Origin: a virus
Length of the DNA: 64,000 nt
IMG/VR virus record: IMGVR_UViG_3300047321_000170
Location: 1 to 64,000 of that record
Strand: one strand, 5' to 3'
Part shown: positions 27,873 through 36,897 of the stretch, in pieces
Layout: every line of letters begins with the position of its first letter
How positions within the stretch are numbered: the stretch's first letter is position 1
Position numbers and translations under genes: made by a program
Notes under the pieces: generated by a model
Seen by the model: only the letters and a program-made list of their open reading frames with translations
Database searches by the model: none
What the model was told of the DNA's origin: nothing

Positions 27873-28190
27873 ATGCCAGCTGGCCGCTACAACCTTTTGA
27901 TCGAGCAAGGCGCAACCTTCCGCCTTCCGTTCATCTATCGCGACGTGGGCGGTAATCCCGTCCAGTTCGACAACATGCAGGGCGTGATGACGCTGTTCGA
28001 TCCGAATGGCACAGTAGTCCTGAAGAAAACATCACCAGATGGTGTGCGCCTCGCAGTCGCAGGCTCGATCGACATCGAGCTGACGGCGGTCGAGACCGCA
28101 GCCCTCTCGGTCGGTGGGACGTATCGCTTCGAGCTGGTCAACGGCACGGATGTCGATCGGGTGCTCAAGGGAACGTGGAGCCTCGAATGA
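27873..28190 (+). CDS. Minor structural/fibre-anchor protein
   Basis: YNLLIEQGATF ... RVLKG pattern seen in phage minor tail proteins. Confidence 0.6.
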   Translation: MPAGRYNLLIEQGATFRLPFIYRDVGGNPVQFDNMQGVMTLFDPNGTVVLKKTSPDGVRLAVAGSIDIELTAVETAALSVGGTYRFELVNGTDVDRVLKGTWSLE

Positions 28191-29674
28191 GCGATACCAA
28201 TCTGGTTGTTGAAGTGCATCCGACGCTGCACAACACCGTCGAAGTGCGCGCGGCCTCTAAGGCGGTGGACGTGCTCCCGCAGACGGGCAATCAAGTCGAT
28301 ACACATCCGCTCTCGCCGCTCGTCGAAGTGCGCGCGCCTGGCCTTCAGGGGCCGAAGGGAGATCCGGGTGATGTCGGCCCGACTGGTCCTGCTGGTGCGC
28401 AGGGCGAGCAAGGTCCGGAAGGTCCGCAGGGCGTGCCGGGTCCGAAGGGCGACGTGGGCGATCACGGGCCGCAGGGCATTCAGGGCGAGAAAGGTGACCC
28501 CGGCGCGCAGGGTCCACAGGGCCTTCCCGGTGTAAAGGGTGACACCGGGCCGCAGGGTTTGCAGGGGCCGAAGGGTGATCAGGGCGACCCTGGCCCGCAG
28601 GGGCCGCAAGGCCTGAAGGGCGACAAGGGCGATCAGGGCGACCAGGGGCCGCAGGGGATTCCGGGTGTGAAGGGTGACACCGGAGCGGCCGGCGCGGCTG
28701 GCGCGCAAGGGCCGGTCGGCCCTGCCGGTGCCGATGGTCTGCAAGGCCCAGCTGGTCCGAAAGGCGACAAGGGTGACCCTGGCGCGCAGGGGCCGCAGGG
28801 CGAGGTTGGCCCGATGGGACCGGCAGGCAGCGGTGAGGGAAGCATCGGCCCGGAGGGGCCGCAGGGTGTGGCCGGCCCGCAGGGGCCGAAGGGCGACACA
28901 GGCGACGTGGGACCGGCAGGCGCGCAGGGGCCGCAGGGTGAACAAGGGCCAGCCGGTGCGGACGGAGCGCAGGGGCCGCAGGGCATCCAGGGCGAGCCGG
29001 GTCCGAAGGGCGACACAGGCGCGCAGGGGCCGCAGGGTATCCAAGGCGAGAAAGGCGACACAGGGGCGCAAGGTCCGCAGGGGCTTCAGGGTCTGAAGGG
29101 TGACCAAGGTGACCCCGGTGCGCAAGGGCCGCAAGGGCTAAAGGGCGACACCGGGGCGCAAGGGCCGCAGGGCTTGAAGGGCGACACCGGGGCGGCAGGC
29201 GCGCAGGGCATTCAGGGGCCGCAGGGCACGCAAGGTGTGCAGGGCGTGAAAGGCGACACGGGCGTGCAGGGACCGCAAGGTGTTGCTGGTCCCACCGGCG
29301 CCACCGGCCCGCAAGGGCCGAAGGGTGACCCAGGCGCTACTGGCCCAGGAGCTATTCCGCTCCCCGGCACGATCGCCACCGCGTCCAAGACACTGGCTCT
29401 CACCGATGCGCCCTCCCCGGCCTATCAGGGTGGCGTGCCGATGAACGTGGCGACGGCGAACACCGTGACCGTCCCGCCGAACGCGAGCGTGGCCTTCCCG
29501 GTCGGCACCATGATCATGGTCGGCCAGCTAGGCGCGGGGCAGACCAGCATCGTGGCCGGATCTGGCGTGACGCTGCGCACCAGCTCGTCGCTGACGCTGC
29601 GCGCGCAGTACTCGTGTGCCACGCTCTGGAAGGTGGACACCGATACGTGGATGGTGATGGGAGATCTGACGTGA
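28187..29674 (+). CDS. Long collagen-like fibre protein
   Basis: About 110 Gly-X-Y triplets (28340-29350); C-terminal [20 protein letters not shown] head domain. Confidence 0.9.
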   Translation: MSDTNLVVEVHPTLHNTVEVRAASKAVDVLPQTGNQVDTHPLSPLVEVRAPGLQGPKGDPGDVGPTGPAGAQGEQGPEGPQGVPGPKGDVGDHGPQGIQGEKGDPGAQGPQGLPGVKGDTGPQGLQGPKGDQGDPGPQGPQGLKGDKGDQGDQGPQGIPGVKGDTGAAGAAGAQGPVGPAGADGLQGPAGPKGDKGDPGAQGPQGEVGPMGPAGSGEGSIGPEGPQGVAGPQGPKGDTGDVGPAGAQGPQGEQGPAGADGAQGPQGIQGEPGPKGDTGAQGPQGIQGEKGDTGAQGPQGLQGLKGDQGDPGAQGPQGLKGDTGAQGPQGLKGDTGAAGAQGIQGPQGTQGVQGVKGDTGVQGPQGVAGPTGATGPQGPKGDPGATGPGAIPLPGTIATASKTLALTDAPSPAYQGGVPMNVATANTVTVPPNASVAFPVGTMIMVGQLGAGQTSIVAGSGVTLRTSSSLTLRAQYSCATLWKVDTDTWMVMGDLT

Positions 29675-30396
29675 TCCCGGCTGCGTTCCGATACCGCCCG
29701 ACGATTCCCTCGGGCGGGAGCATTCAGGTCGTCTCGACATCGAGCGCGGTCGCTGACGTGGCCGTGGCCAACTCGGGCAACGCGTTCGCCACGCTGCCAG
29801 CGCCATCGGGCATCGTCGCGGGGAACCTGCTGTTTGCGTACGCGGTGTACGACGATTTGAACGCCGTGTCATCCCTCGCGCCTGCCGGTTGGACGGTGCA
29901 GCGCGCGTACAACTACTCGACCCACAACAACACCGGCTTCATAGCCACCTTGTGGAAGATCGCGACCGCCAACGAGCCCGCGAGCTATTCGTTTGGCAGC
30001 GCGAGCATCAACACGATCAGCGTGGGGTGCGTTCAGCTGTCAGGCGTTTCGCAGAGCAACCCGTTCGGCGGGATAGGCCCCACGAATACCAAGATCAACT
30101 CGGCCACGACGACCTTCGCGACGCTCACGCGGGCGGTAGCAGGGCTTGAATTGCTGGTAGCGGGCACGGGCTCCAACTACTCCAGCACTGTCGCGAACGC
30201 GTGGACGCCACCCTCTGGATATACCCAGCTGCCCGCCGTGACGGGCAACTACAACAAGAACAACACGTCCGAGTCGCAGGCGATCTTCGCGGCGTACAAC
30301 CTCAACGCCCCGGTTGGTGCGACGGGGGCCTTGACCGGGACTCTCAATAAGGCTTACTACAACGGCACCTTCAATATCTCCTTCAACCCTGCCTGA
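29671..30396 (+). CDS. Putative fibre-tip/adhesin protein
   Basis: GTG overlaps the upstream TGA; PSG..AG.LL, PAGWT and WKIA...EP.SY.F; rich in Ser/Thr/Asn. Confidence 0.6.
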   Translation: MIPAAFRYRPTIPSGGSIQVVSTSSAVADVAVANSGNAFATLPAPSGIVAGNLLFAYAVYDDLNAVSSLAPAGWTVQRAYNYSTHNNTGFIATLWKIATANEPASYSFGSASINTISVGCVQLSGVSQSNPFGGIGPTNTKINSATTTFATLTRAVAGLELLVAGTGSNYSSTVANAWTPPSGYTQLPAVTGNYNKNNTSESQAIFAAYNLNAPVGATGALTGTLNKAYYNGTFNISFNPA

Positions 30397-30519
30397 TCGC
30401 TGTCACTACGCTACGCAATGAGACGCTAAGGAACGCCCTGGACTATACGATAGTCGGGGCGGAAGACTTGCAATTGAGGGAGAGCGCACATACGATGCGC
30501 CCTCTGGCCAACCCTCAAC

Positions 30520-30723
30520 ATGGAGCAAACGATGACACCCACCACTGTCACCACGCCCACCCCGAAGCTGTACCGAATTCAAGCCGTCATGCAGCAGCTC
30601 AGCGTCTCGCGCGCGACCGTCTATCGTCTCGTGAACAACGGCAAGCTGAAGCTGGTCAAGATCGGCGAACGCTCCAGCGGCATCACCGCGGAGAGCGTTG
30701 ACGCTCTGGTAGCCGGCGCCTAA
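30520..30723 (+). CDS. AlpA-family excisionase/recombination directionality factor
   Basis: LYRI..V...LSVSRATVYRLV..GKL winged helix, next to attP/int. Confidence 0.85.
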   Translation: MEQTMTPTTVTTPTPKLYRIQAVMQQLSVSRATVYRLVNNGKLKLVKIGERSSGITAESVDALVAGA

Positions 30724-31037
30724 CCGGACTCCTCTCTCGGGGGCAGTTTCTCCGCTGCCCCAAGCGGGGCCACTCTCTGTGGCCCCGATCCCAAGAATCC
30801 CCGCCTCGACATCTCCTGCATCATCAGCACACGCAGCTTTTCCAGTGCGACCAGCTGGCCACCCACGTCAACTTCCCAGCAACGCTGCACGACAACCCGA
30901 TAGCTTTCGACCTCGTCGAACAGCTCGCGCATTCGCACGACCTCCAGCACGAGCGCGCGGATCTCGTCTTGAGGGTACGTCCGATACAGGCGTCGCAAGT
31001 CCGTCATCGTCGGCGTTCCGAAATCTGGCAATCGCAT
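30720..31037 (-). CDS. Hypothetical protein, probably SOS-regulated
   Basis: 105 aa ORF with AGGAAG SD and a LexA box 15 nt upstream. Confidence 0.7.
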   Translation of the reverse strand: MRLPDFGTPTMTDLRRLYRTYPQDEIRALVLEVVRMRELFDEVESYRVVVQRCWEVDVGGQLVALEKLRVLMMQEMSRRGFLGSGPQRVAPLGAAEKLPPREESG

Positions 31038-31050
31038 GGCACTTCCTTAA

Positions 31051-31070
31051 TACTGTACGGATATACAGTA
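31051..31070. promoter_or_regulatory. LexA (SOS) box
   Basis: TACTGTACGGATATACAGTA = taCTGT-N8-ACAGta. Confidence 0.85.
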
Positions 31071-31112
31071 TCACGAACGCGCGCGGATGCCAGTACACTC
31101 GGGCGATTTTGC

Positions 31113-31418
31113 AGCTACCCACCCTTCTGCCCTACCACCCCAAAAGTGGGTAGCTAGTCGGGTAGCTAGAGCCTAATTTTACTGGTCTGTTCACCGCAAA
31201 CCCTTATGCAGCAAGGCTGCGAGAAATTCATGAAGATTGCCACCTGCAATCTCCATTGATGTGTTTTAACGTACCGGAGTGTTTCAGGCAATCCCCGGAA
31301 AGCCCTGCCCAGCAAGGGTTCGTGTTCCGTAGTGTTTCATAATGTTTCGCGATACCACGCGAAATATGGGTAGCTAGGTGGGTAGCTAGAGCACGTATAA
31401 TCGCGCCTAGCTACCCAC
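31113..31418. other. attP site with arm-type repeats and core
   Basis: Six GGGTAGCT(AG) repeats (31113 rev, 31146, 31160, 31367, 31378, 31407 rev) flank the core ATGAAGATTG-CCACCTG-CAATCTCCAT (31230-31256). Confidence 0.8.
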
Positions 31419-31432
31419 CACAGAGACCTACG

Positions 31433-32716
31433 ATGGCGCGTAAAACACATCTTCTGGACGACATCCAGATCCGGCACTGGATCGCCAAGGGCGAGCCGGT
31501 CGCCAAGTCAGATGGTGAAGGCCTGACCTTTACCCTCTCCTCAGCCGGCACCGCGAGCTGGATCTTGCGCTACCGCCGAGGCGGCGGTCGCCGTAAGGAA
31601 ATCACGATCGGCAACTATCCGGACATGACGCTCGCCGCGGCCCGAAAGGCTGCTCGTGCCCACCGCGTCGCGGTCGACAATGGGATAGACCCCGCAGCTG
31701 AGAAGAAGGTCGAGAAGGCGCGCTCCGTGCTCGCGTGGACCGTCAACGAGCTGTGCGACGACTACGAGGAGAAGCACCTGGTGGCGCCCCTCTCGAAGTC
31801 CACGATCTATTACCGGAAGTGGGACATCAAGAACATCATCCGGCCTAAGCTGGGTTCGCTCGAAGTTCGCAAGATCCTGCCTGCTGACATCGTCTACATT
31901 CTGGAGAACAGCGGGCGCACCTGGACGGTGAATAAGCGAATCCTTACATCTATGAAGCAGCTCTTTGGCCATGCGCTAGGGAAGCGGATCATCGACGTGA
32001 ACCCCGCCTTCGGTATCGAGATGAAGGCACTGTTCGGCAAACGCCCGCCCGTTCGCAAACGCCTGATGCTCACCGAGGGCGAGCTTCGCAAACTGCTGCC
32101 TGGCATTGACAAGAAGATCGGCCGCGAGAACGGCCTCATGCTGCGCGTGCTGCTGGCTACCTGCGTGCGAACGAACGAGCTGGTCATGGCCCGCAAGCAG
32201 TTCATCGATCTGAAGCGCGGCTCCTGGTTCGTACACGACGAGTCGGTCAAGACTCGTCAAGGCTTCACCGTCCCGCTGGTTCCTGTCGTCATTGGCTGGA
32301 TGAAAGAGCTGTACGCCCTGTCCGGAGACTCCGACTGGCTGTTGCCAGCTCGCAGCAACAAACGCCGCAACCGGCTTGGTGAAACTCATATCGGCAATAC
32401 CACGCTGTGGGCCGCGATCACGCGAGCGTTCCAATCTGAGAAGCTGGAGATGCGTCGCTTCACGCCGCACGATACGCGCAGCACCGCCAAAAGCCATATG
32501 CGGAATCTGGGCATCTCGAACGAAGTCAGTGAGCTTGCGCTTAACCACAAGCTCAAAGGTATGGAAGGGATCTATGACGTGCGAGAAGAGATCCCCGAGC
32601 GACGCGAGGCGATGGAGATATGGGCGCAGTTCATTGCAGACTGCTGCGACGGTAAGGAACCGGAAACGGGCCGACCAACGAACGTGGTCGCATTGAGAAG
32701 GAAGGCTGCGGCTTGA
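31433..32716 (+). CDS. int: Tyrosine integrase (P4-like, with arm-binding domain)
   Basis: SDGEGL..W..RYR..IG.YP N-domain; catalytic R(TCVR), HDTR, LNH and GIY. Confidence 0.95.
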   Translation: MARKTHLLDDIQIRHWIAKGEPVAKSDGEGLTFTLSSAGTASWILRYRRGGGRRKEITIGNYPDMTLAAARKAARAHRVAVDNGIDPAAEKKVEKARSVLAWTVNELCDDYEEKHLVAPLSKSTIYYRKWDIKNIIRPKLGSLEVRKILPADIVYILENSGRTWTVNKRILTSMKQLFGHALGKRIIDVNPAFGIEMKALFGKRPPVRKRLMLTEGELRKLLPGIDKKIGRENGLMLRVLLATCVRTNELVMARKQFIDLKRGSWFVHDESVKTRQGFTVPLVPVVIGWMKELYALSGDSDWLLPARSNKRRNRLGETHIGNTTLWAAITRAFQSEKLEMRRFTPHDTRSTAKSHMRNLGISNEVSELALNHKLKGMEGIYDVREEIPERREAMEIWAQFIADCCDGKEPETGRPTNVVALRRKAAA

Positions 32717-32718
32717 AT

Positions 32719-32743
32719 AAAAACGCCGGCTATGAGCCGGCGT
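32719..32743 (-). terminator. Terminator between convergent int and the early arm
   Basis: AAAA-ACGCCGGCT-ATG-AGCCGGCGT. Confidence 0.7.
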
Positions 32744-32746
32744 GTC

Positions 32747-32980
32747 TTACTGTGCTGTCTGTTCAATCGGCCAAGGCATTTCCATACCTTCGCGAATGAT
32801 TACCGCCATCTCGGTAGCTAGAACCAGCCGGATCTCTGGCGGCAAGTTCAACAGCGGATCTTTGATGTCCCTCCGGTCACACAGATCGTGCAGCACGCCT
32901 AGTGCAACGGCGTCCGCTCGATCAACTGGCTTGTGGCCGCTAAACGGGTACTGAATGCCTCTCGCGATGTCACGGTTCAT
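32747..32980 (-). CDS. Hypothetical protein
   Basis: 77 aa ORF with GGAGG SD. Confidence 0.65.
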   Translation of the reverse strand: MNRDIARGIQYPFSGHKPVDRADAVALGVLHDLCDRRDIKDPLLNLPPEIRLVLATEMAVIIREGMEMPWPIEQTAQ

Positions 32981-33015
32981 GATTGATCCTCCAAGGTCTT
33001 AGCTGTCACTATAGC

Positions 33016-33360
33016 TCACGCTGTCAGCTCCATCACGTCAACCAGCGCGCTCTCGAATTCGAACGGCTCGTAGTCGACCAGCTTGATGCCCCACGATCCA
33101 TCGAGCGGTGGCCAGCCCTCTACCTCCCCGCTGTTGAACGCTGCCTCCGGGTCCATGCGTTCCACGGACAGCGCCATGAACTCGACGCAGAGCATCGTGA
33201 GTACGGCCAGCAGCGCGCTGCCATGCTCGAAGACGCGGTCTTCCGCTCCGCTCCAGAAGTTGTTCAGCTCGTGGGCCTTCTCGTCGGTCAAGATCGAATG
33301 ATCGACCTCGACGGTCATGTCGTAGCCATCGGCGTACGTCAGCTGGTATTGCTTCTTCAT
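33016..33360 (-). CDS. DUF2528-like phage protein
   Basis: MTVEVDH...ELNNFWSG..EGWPPLDGS.GI pattern. Confidence 0.7.
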   Translation of the reverse strand: MKKQYQLTYADGYDMTVEVDHSILTDEKAHELNNFWSGAEDRVFEHGSALLAVLTMLCVEFMALSVERMDPEAAFNSGEVEGWPPLDGSWGIKLVDYEPFEFESALVDVMELTA

Positions 33361-33587
33361 AGGATCTCCTGCTCGCTCGGCTCGAAGGAGTGATCTTCTT
33401 CGAAGCGATACTTCAGCTTACGTTTCCACGCGAACTCTTCAGCGCGGTCCTTGTTTGAGAACAACCACAGGCCCGCGTGCGGCCCAGTCGGGATGCTGCA
33501 TCCAACCGCTTCCGGAAACAGCTTTTCGTCGAAGGAGAAGGCCGGTGTTTTAGGACACACTTCGAACACAATCTCGTTATCGCTCAT
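33357..33587 (-). CDS. Hypothetical protein
   Basis: ATGA-coupled chain, AAGGAG SD. Confidence 0.65.
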   Translation of the reverse strand: MSDNEIVFEVCPKTPAFSFDEKLFPEAVGCSIPTGPHAGLWLFSNKDRAEEFAWKRKLKYRFEEDHSFEPSEQEIL

Positions 33588-33799
33588 GTCGGCTCCTTCG
33601 GAACAGTGGTCATGAAACCGTCGAACAGGTCGCGCATCTTGTCCTGTACGTGCTCACTGGTGATCACGCTGGACTTCGCGACGATGCGAAGCTGGCGAGG
33701 CTGGTTGTTTTTGTCAAAACACTTCGCGCCGAACTCCCACGAGTGGTTGAGCAAGGCGCGGAAGCGGGCAGCGTCTGCCGCTTCAGATCTGCTGGTCAT
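33584..33799 (-). CDS. Hypothetical protein
   Basis: ATGA-coupled; DAARFR motif. Confidence 0.6.
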   Translation of the reverse strand: MTSRSEAADAARFRALLNHSWEFGAKCFDKNNQPRQLRIVAKSSVITSEHVQDKMRDLFDGFMTTVPKEPT

Positions 33800-34113
33800 G
33801 GCGTCTCCTTTTCGACGAGACCCAGCGACTGCGAATACTCCAGGAAGTGCTGGACCTTCGCCAGCTTCTTGCTGATGGCCACATGGTCAGGCTGGCCGAT
33901 GTCGAAGAAGAACTCTCCGTTCGAGACATCACCCAGGCGCTGCACCATAGCGAGCACGTCATTCAGCTCAGCATAAATCCGTTGTGCGTTCGTCTCAGTG
34001 CGCTCCGGGTGACGCTCGCTCAAGCCGAAGTGCGCGGCCTTCAACGCTATCTGCGCAACTTCTGCTGCTTCCTCGGCGAGCTTCACGAGGTAGTACTGCT
34101 GTAGCGTCATCAT
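33796..34113 (-). CDS. MazG-like all-alpha NTP pyrophosphatase-fold protein
   Basis: LAEEAAEV...ELNDV acidic motif. Confidence 0.65.
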   Translation of the reverse strand: MMTLQQYYLVKLAEEAAEVAQIALKAAHFGLSERHPERTETNAQRIYAELNDVLAMVQRLGDVSNGEFFFDIGQPDHVAISKKLAKVQHFLEYSQSLGLVEKETP

Positions 34114-34349
34114 GGCTTCGCTCCTTGCTTCTTCGCGTTGTACGCTGCGATCACTTCCTTCTCCTTCTCCTTGTCACGCTTCGGCATCGCGGCCCACGCG
34201 AGGTAGTTCTCGCCCAGCTCGCCCGACCACGTACCTGTGACCAGCACGCAACCGATGGTGAGCAGCATCATCTTTGCGCCGGCATGCTGCGGCTTCTCGT
34301 AGATCCACTTAACGTCCGGAGCCGAGACGTAGTCTTTACCGAGGGTCAT
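34110..34349 (-). CDS. Hypothetical protein
   Basis: Coupled ORF, 79 aa. Confidence 0.6.
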   Translation of the reverse strand: MTLGKDYVSAPDVKWIYEKPQHAGAKMMLLTIGCVLVTGTWSGELGENYLAWAAMPKRDKEKEKEVIAAYNAKKQGAKP

Positions 34350-34519
34350 AGCTTTTGAAATCCTTTAAATTCTGGGATAAGGAGAACCAGCGCTGCCGCC
34401 ACATCTGCTCGGTCCACTTTTCCGGACCACTTCAGAAGGCCGTCTGATAGCTTGACCTCAATGGTCACTTCACACGGTCTCGGGTGCGGGCAGGGTGGCG
34501 CAATCGTTCCACCTGACAT
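34346..34519 (-). CDS. Hypothetical 57-aa protein (not in ORF track)
   Basis: MSGGTIAPPCPHPRPCEVTIEVK...; fills the gap exactly, ATGA overlap, GGAGG SD. Confidence 0.55.
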   Translation of the reverse strand: MSGGTIAPPCPHPRPCEVTIEVKLSDGLLKWSGKVDRADVAAALVLLIPEFKGFQKL

Positions 34520-34726
34520 TCAATCCTCCTGCGGAAACGCTGTGCGGCGCGCGTCGTAGCTCACTTCGAGCATCCCTCCGCACACGTTGTCAGTGAACAT
34601 CTCGCCCTTGAAGTCACCAGCTTGCAGCTCCAGCAGCCGGTTGCAGTGCGGGCACTTCACGAAGATGTCGTTGCTGTTGCTCTCGCGGTGATACTTCTTC
34701 ACCCCCAGGATCTCATTGAGGGCCAT
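34520..34726 (-). CDS. Small zinc-ribbon-like protein
   Basis: CPHC..DNVCG; ATG 34726 coupled to the upstream stop. Confidence 0.55.
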   Translation of the reverse strand: MALNEILGVKKYHRESNSNDIFVKCPHCNRLLELQAGDFKGEMFTDNVCGGMLEVSYDARRTAFPQED

Positions 34727-35034
34727 CAGTGCGTCTCCGTCACGATGGTTTCCGTCTCTTGCCGGTGGCAGTTCTTGCCGCAGCTCACGGTGTACTGACG
34801 GTCGGTCGAGACCATGCTGTTCGGGCACTTGGTGAAGTAGTGATTCGTGTCGCCTACCTTGAACGCGTAGACATCACAACCGTCCTTCTTACGGATGATG
34901 TGTGGCTCTCGCTCAGCTGCTTCGCGTGCAGCCTTTTCCGCCTCGCCCTTCTTGTACCAGTCGGACTCCGAGCAGCTGTACATGCCAAAGACGGCGAGCG
35001 CTCCGAGGCTGATAACAATGATGAAGTCTTTCAT
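34726..35034 (-). CDS. Membrane-anchored/lipoprotein hypothetical
   Basis: Hydrophobic N-terminus ending YSC; DGC.VY.F motif. Confidence 0.6.
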   Translation of the reverse strand: MKDFIIVISLGALAVFGMYSCSESDWYKKGEAEKAAREAAEREPHIIRKKDGCDVYAFKVGDTNHYFTKCPNSMVSTDRQYTVSCGKNCHRQETETIVTETH

Positions 35035-35097
35035 CGGACACCTAATAAAATTTGGATAACTTTTAGTTGGGTAGATCCCGCCGAAGCGGGATCAACT

Positions 35098-35289
35098 TCA
35101 GTCCAGCAATGTATGGCAACGCCCACACTGGTCCCGAAGCTTCATGCCAGGGAACTTATGGCTCGGACCCGTCTTCCGCGTCTCACGCTTGTGATAGCCG
35201 AACAGGCACGTTACGCGCTGCCAGAACGGCATCCCCTCCGGGAACCAAGGCATTGACTCGTTGCGGCGTGTGATGTCATCTCCGTTCAT
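35098..35289 (-). CDS. Hypothetical protein
   Basis: CLFGYH...CGRC motif; coupled to the kinase gene. Confidence 0.55.
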   Translation of the reverse strand: MNGDDITRRNESMPWFPEGMPFWQRVTCLFGYHKRETRKTGPSHKFPGMKLRDQCGRCHTLLD

Positions 35290-35885
35290 TGGTCACCCAG
35301 CGCGTTGACCTTGTCGAACAGATCGTCGGCCTGCAACTCCAGACCGTGAATGTCGCCCTCGACATTGGTGATCACGAAGTCGAACGGCCAGTCGTCGAGC
35401 CCGCCTTCGCTGCTGTGGTCCTGCACGGCACGCGGCACGCCAGGGCGGTTCACGCGCACGAAGGTCGTCTGCACGTCAGACGCTATGAGGCGGTCGCCTT
35501 CTCCGTGCCGATAGCGCCAGTCATCGATCACATAGATGCTATGAGGCTCGCTGCGTTCGTCGGCATGAATGCCCGTGACCACGAGGTTCGCCCAGAACAG
35601 CGGCGAAATCCTGCGGCCCATGTCGCCCAGCTCGCGCATCAACCCGCGTGGTGACATACCGAACAGCTCGCGGATAGGTAGGTTCTTCAGGGTCGCGTGG
35701 TCGACGATCTTTCGCGCTTCCATCAAGTCGTCCCCAGCGCTGGCCAACAGAACGGCGGTCATCTCCTTGATCGGAGCAGCAAAGCGCGTGCGCTTTACGC
35801 CGTATGTCGAAAGCAGGTAGTTGGCCACGGTGGACTTGCCGTGACCCATGTCGCCAGATAGCGCAATGATTCGAGGTTTCATCAT
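35286..35885 (-). CDS. Deoxynucleoside monophosphate kinase
   Basis: P-loop GDMGHGKS; FAAPIK, SPR.LM..LG, IDDWR and HSSE motifs. Confidence 0.85.
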   Translation of the reverse strand: MMKPRIIALSGDMGHGKSTVANYLLSTYGVKRTRFAAPIKEMTAVLLASAGDDLMEARKIVDHATLKNLPIRELFGMSPRGLMRELGDMGRRISPLFWANLVVTGIHADERSEPHSIYVIDDWRYRHGEGDRLIASDVQTTFVRVNRPGVPRAVQDHSSEGGLDDWPFDFVITNVEGDIHGLELQADDLFDKVNALGDQ

Positions 35886-36853
35886 GCCTCCCGACGCGGG
35901 TAGATCTCGTCGGCATCCATCGCCGCCTGGACCTGCGCACGCAGCCCGCTTTTCTGCGATTGCGTCAACGGTTGACTGAAGAACTTCACCATCTCGTCGT
36001 GAGTCAACGTGCGTCGCAGCCGACCTCCTGTGTACGGCGGCAGCACGGCCTCGACTTCCTGACGGTGTTGCTTCCAGCCACGCAGGTTGCCGAAGCGCTC
36101 GTTCGCGCCGACAGTCGGCGTTGCCTGGTGCTCTGTCGGCGAGGCGTGGATTGGCTGGGCGCCGACGAGGCGGTCATAGCGCTCACGCTCCTTTTCGACG
36201 GACGGGTTGCCATCGAACGGCGTGTAGCTGATCCGTGCACAGCGAGCGACCGACAGCTTTTTCTGGTCGTCGAGCGGGAGCGAGCGGCGCTCTTCGGTGA
36301 GAACATACGGGAGATGCCATTCGCCCCCGCGCAGCACGCGCGGAACGCTCAGCTCGATAGCAACCATGATCTCGATGGCCAGGTCGCGCATCGTGGGATC
36401 GGCGTCGGGGTGGCAGCGCAGCAGATCGAAGTTGTCCCAGTCCGTGCCGCTGAGCAGCGCGTCAACATACTGGTGCGCTTCGGTGACGCGGTTGGCAATC
36501 TGCTTGTGCGCGCCGAGCTTCATCATGCTCCAGCTGATCGCTGCGGAGAGCTTCGCGTGCGTGCGCCAGAGTGCCTTCACGCCGAACAGACGCAGACCCG
36601 TCAGCGCCGCGCCCGCTTGCATGCCAGCCTGGTTGCTACCCCATTCGCTCGGACAGGCCGGGTCGCTCCAGATCTGCTTGAGCATGGTCTTCACAGGCTT
36701 CGCACGCGAGGAACCGGCGTTCTTCGACAGTGCGCGATGCGTGTTGACTTCTGCTAGGACGATGCGCGGATAGCGCACCTGAACGGTCGTGAATCGAACA
36801 CCCGCAAGAGAGATCGAATCTTCGATGACCTTGGCCAGAATAGTAGGTTTCAT
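35882..36853 (-). CDS. thyX: Flavin-dependent thymidylate synthase-like protein
   Basis: THRALSKNAGSSRA, ARCARISY and HASPTEHQA motifs. Confidence 0.75.
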   Translation of the reverse strand: MKPTILAKVIEDSISLAGVRFTTVQVRYPRIVLAEVNTHRALSKNAGSSRAKPVKTMLKQIWSDPACPSEWGSNQAGMQAGAALTGLRLFGVKALWRTHAKLSAAISWSMMKLGAHKQIANRVTEAHQYVDALLSGTDWDNFDLLRCHPDADPTMRDLAIEIMVAIELSVPRVLRGGEWHLPYVLTEERRSLPLDDQKKLSVARCARISYTPFDGNPSVEKERERYDRLVGAQPIHASPTEHQATPTVGANERFGNLRGWKQHRQEVEAVLPPYTGGRLRRTLTHDEMVKFFSQPLTQSQKSGLRAQVQAAMDADEIYPRREA

Positions 36854-36861
36854 CTTCGGTT

Positions 36862-36885
36862 CAGGGCCGGTGGTGGACGGCCCTG
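36862..36885 (-). promoter_or_regulatory. Hairpin with TCCACCAC loop
   Basis: mRNA CAGGGCCG-UCCACCAC-CGGCCCUG, 8 nt before the thyX ATG. Confidence 0.65.
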
Positions 36886-36897
36886 CCTGTTGTCGTT

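Noticed and set aside
4448-29134. Long antisense ORFs (e.g. 7785-9254, 13087-14628, 24783-26207, 27935-29134) and + strand ORFs over the - arm (e.g. 38509-39969)
   Set aside because: Shadow frames of high-GC coding genes with no motifs; they fully overlap well-supported genes
31230-31259. MKIATCNLH mini-ORF as a functional peptide
   Set aside because: Better explained as the att core carrying a host gene start
28340-31418. Collagen repeats or GGGTAGCTAG repeats as a CRISPR array
   Set aside because: The first are coding Gly-X-Y repeats; the second are short, irregularly spaced and in mixed orientation; no cas genes
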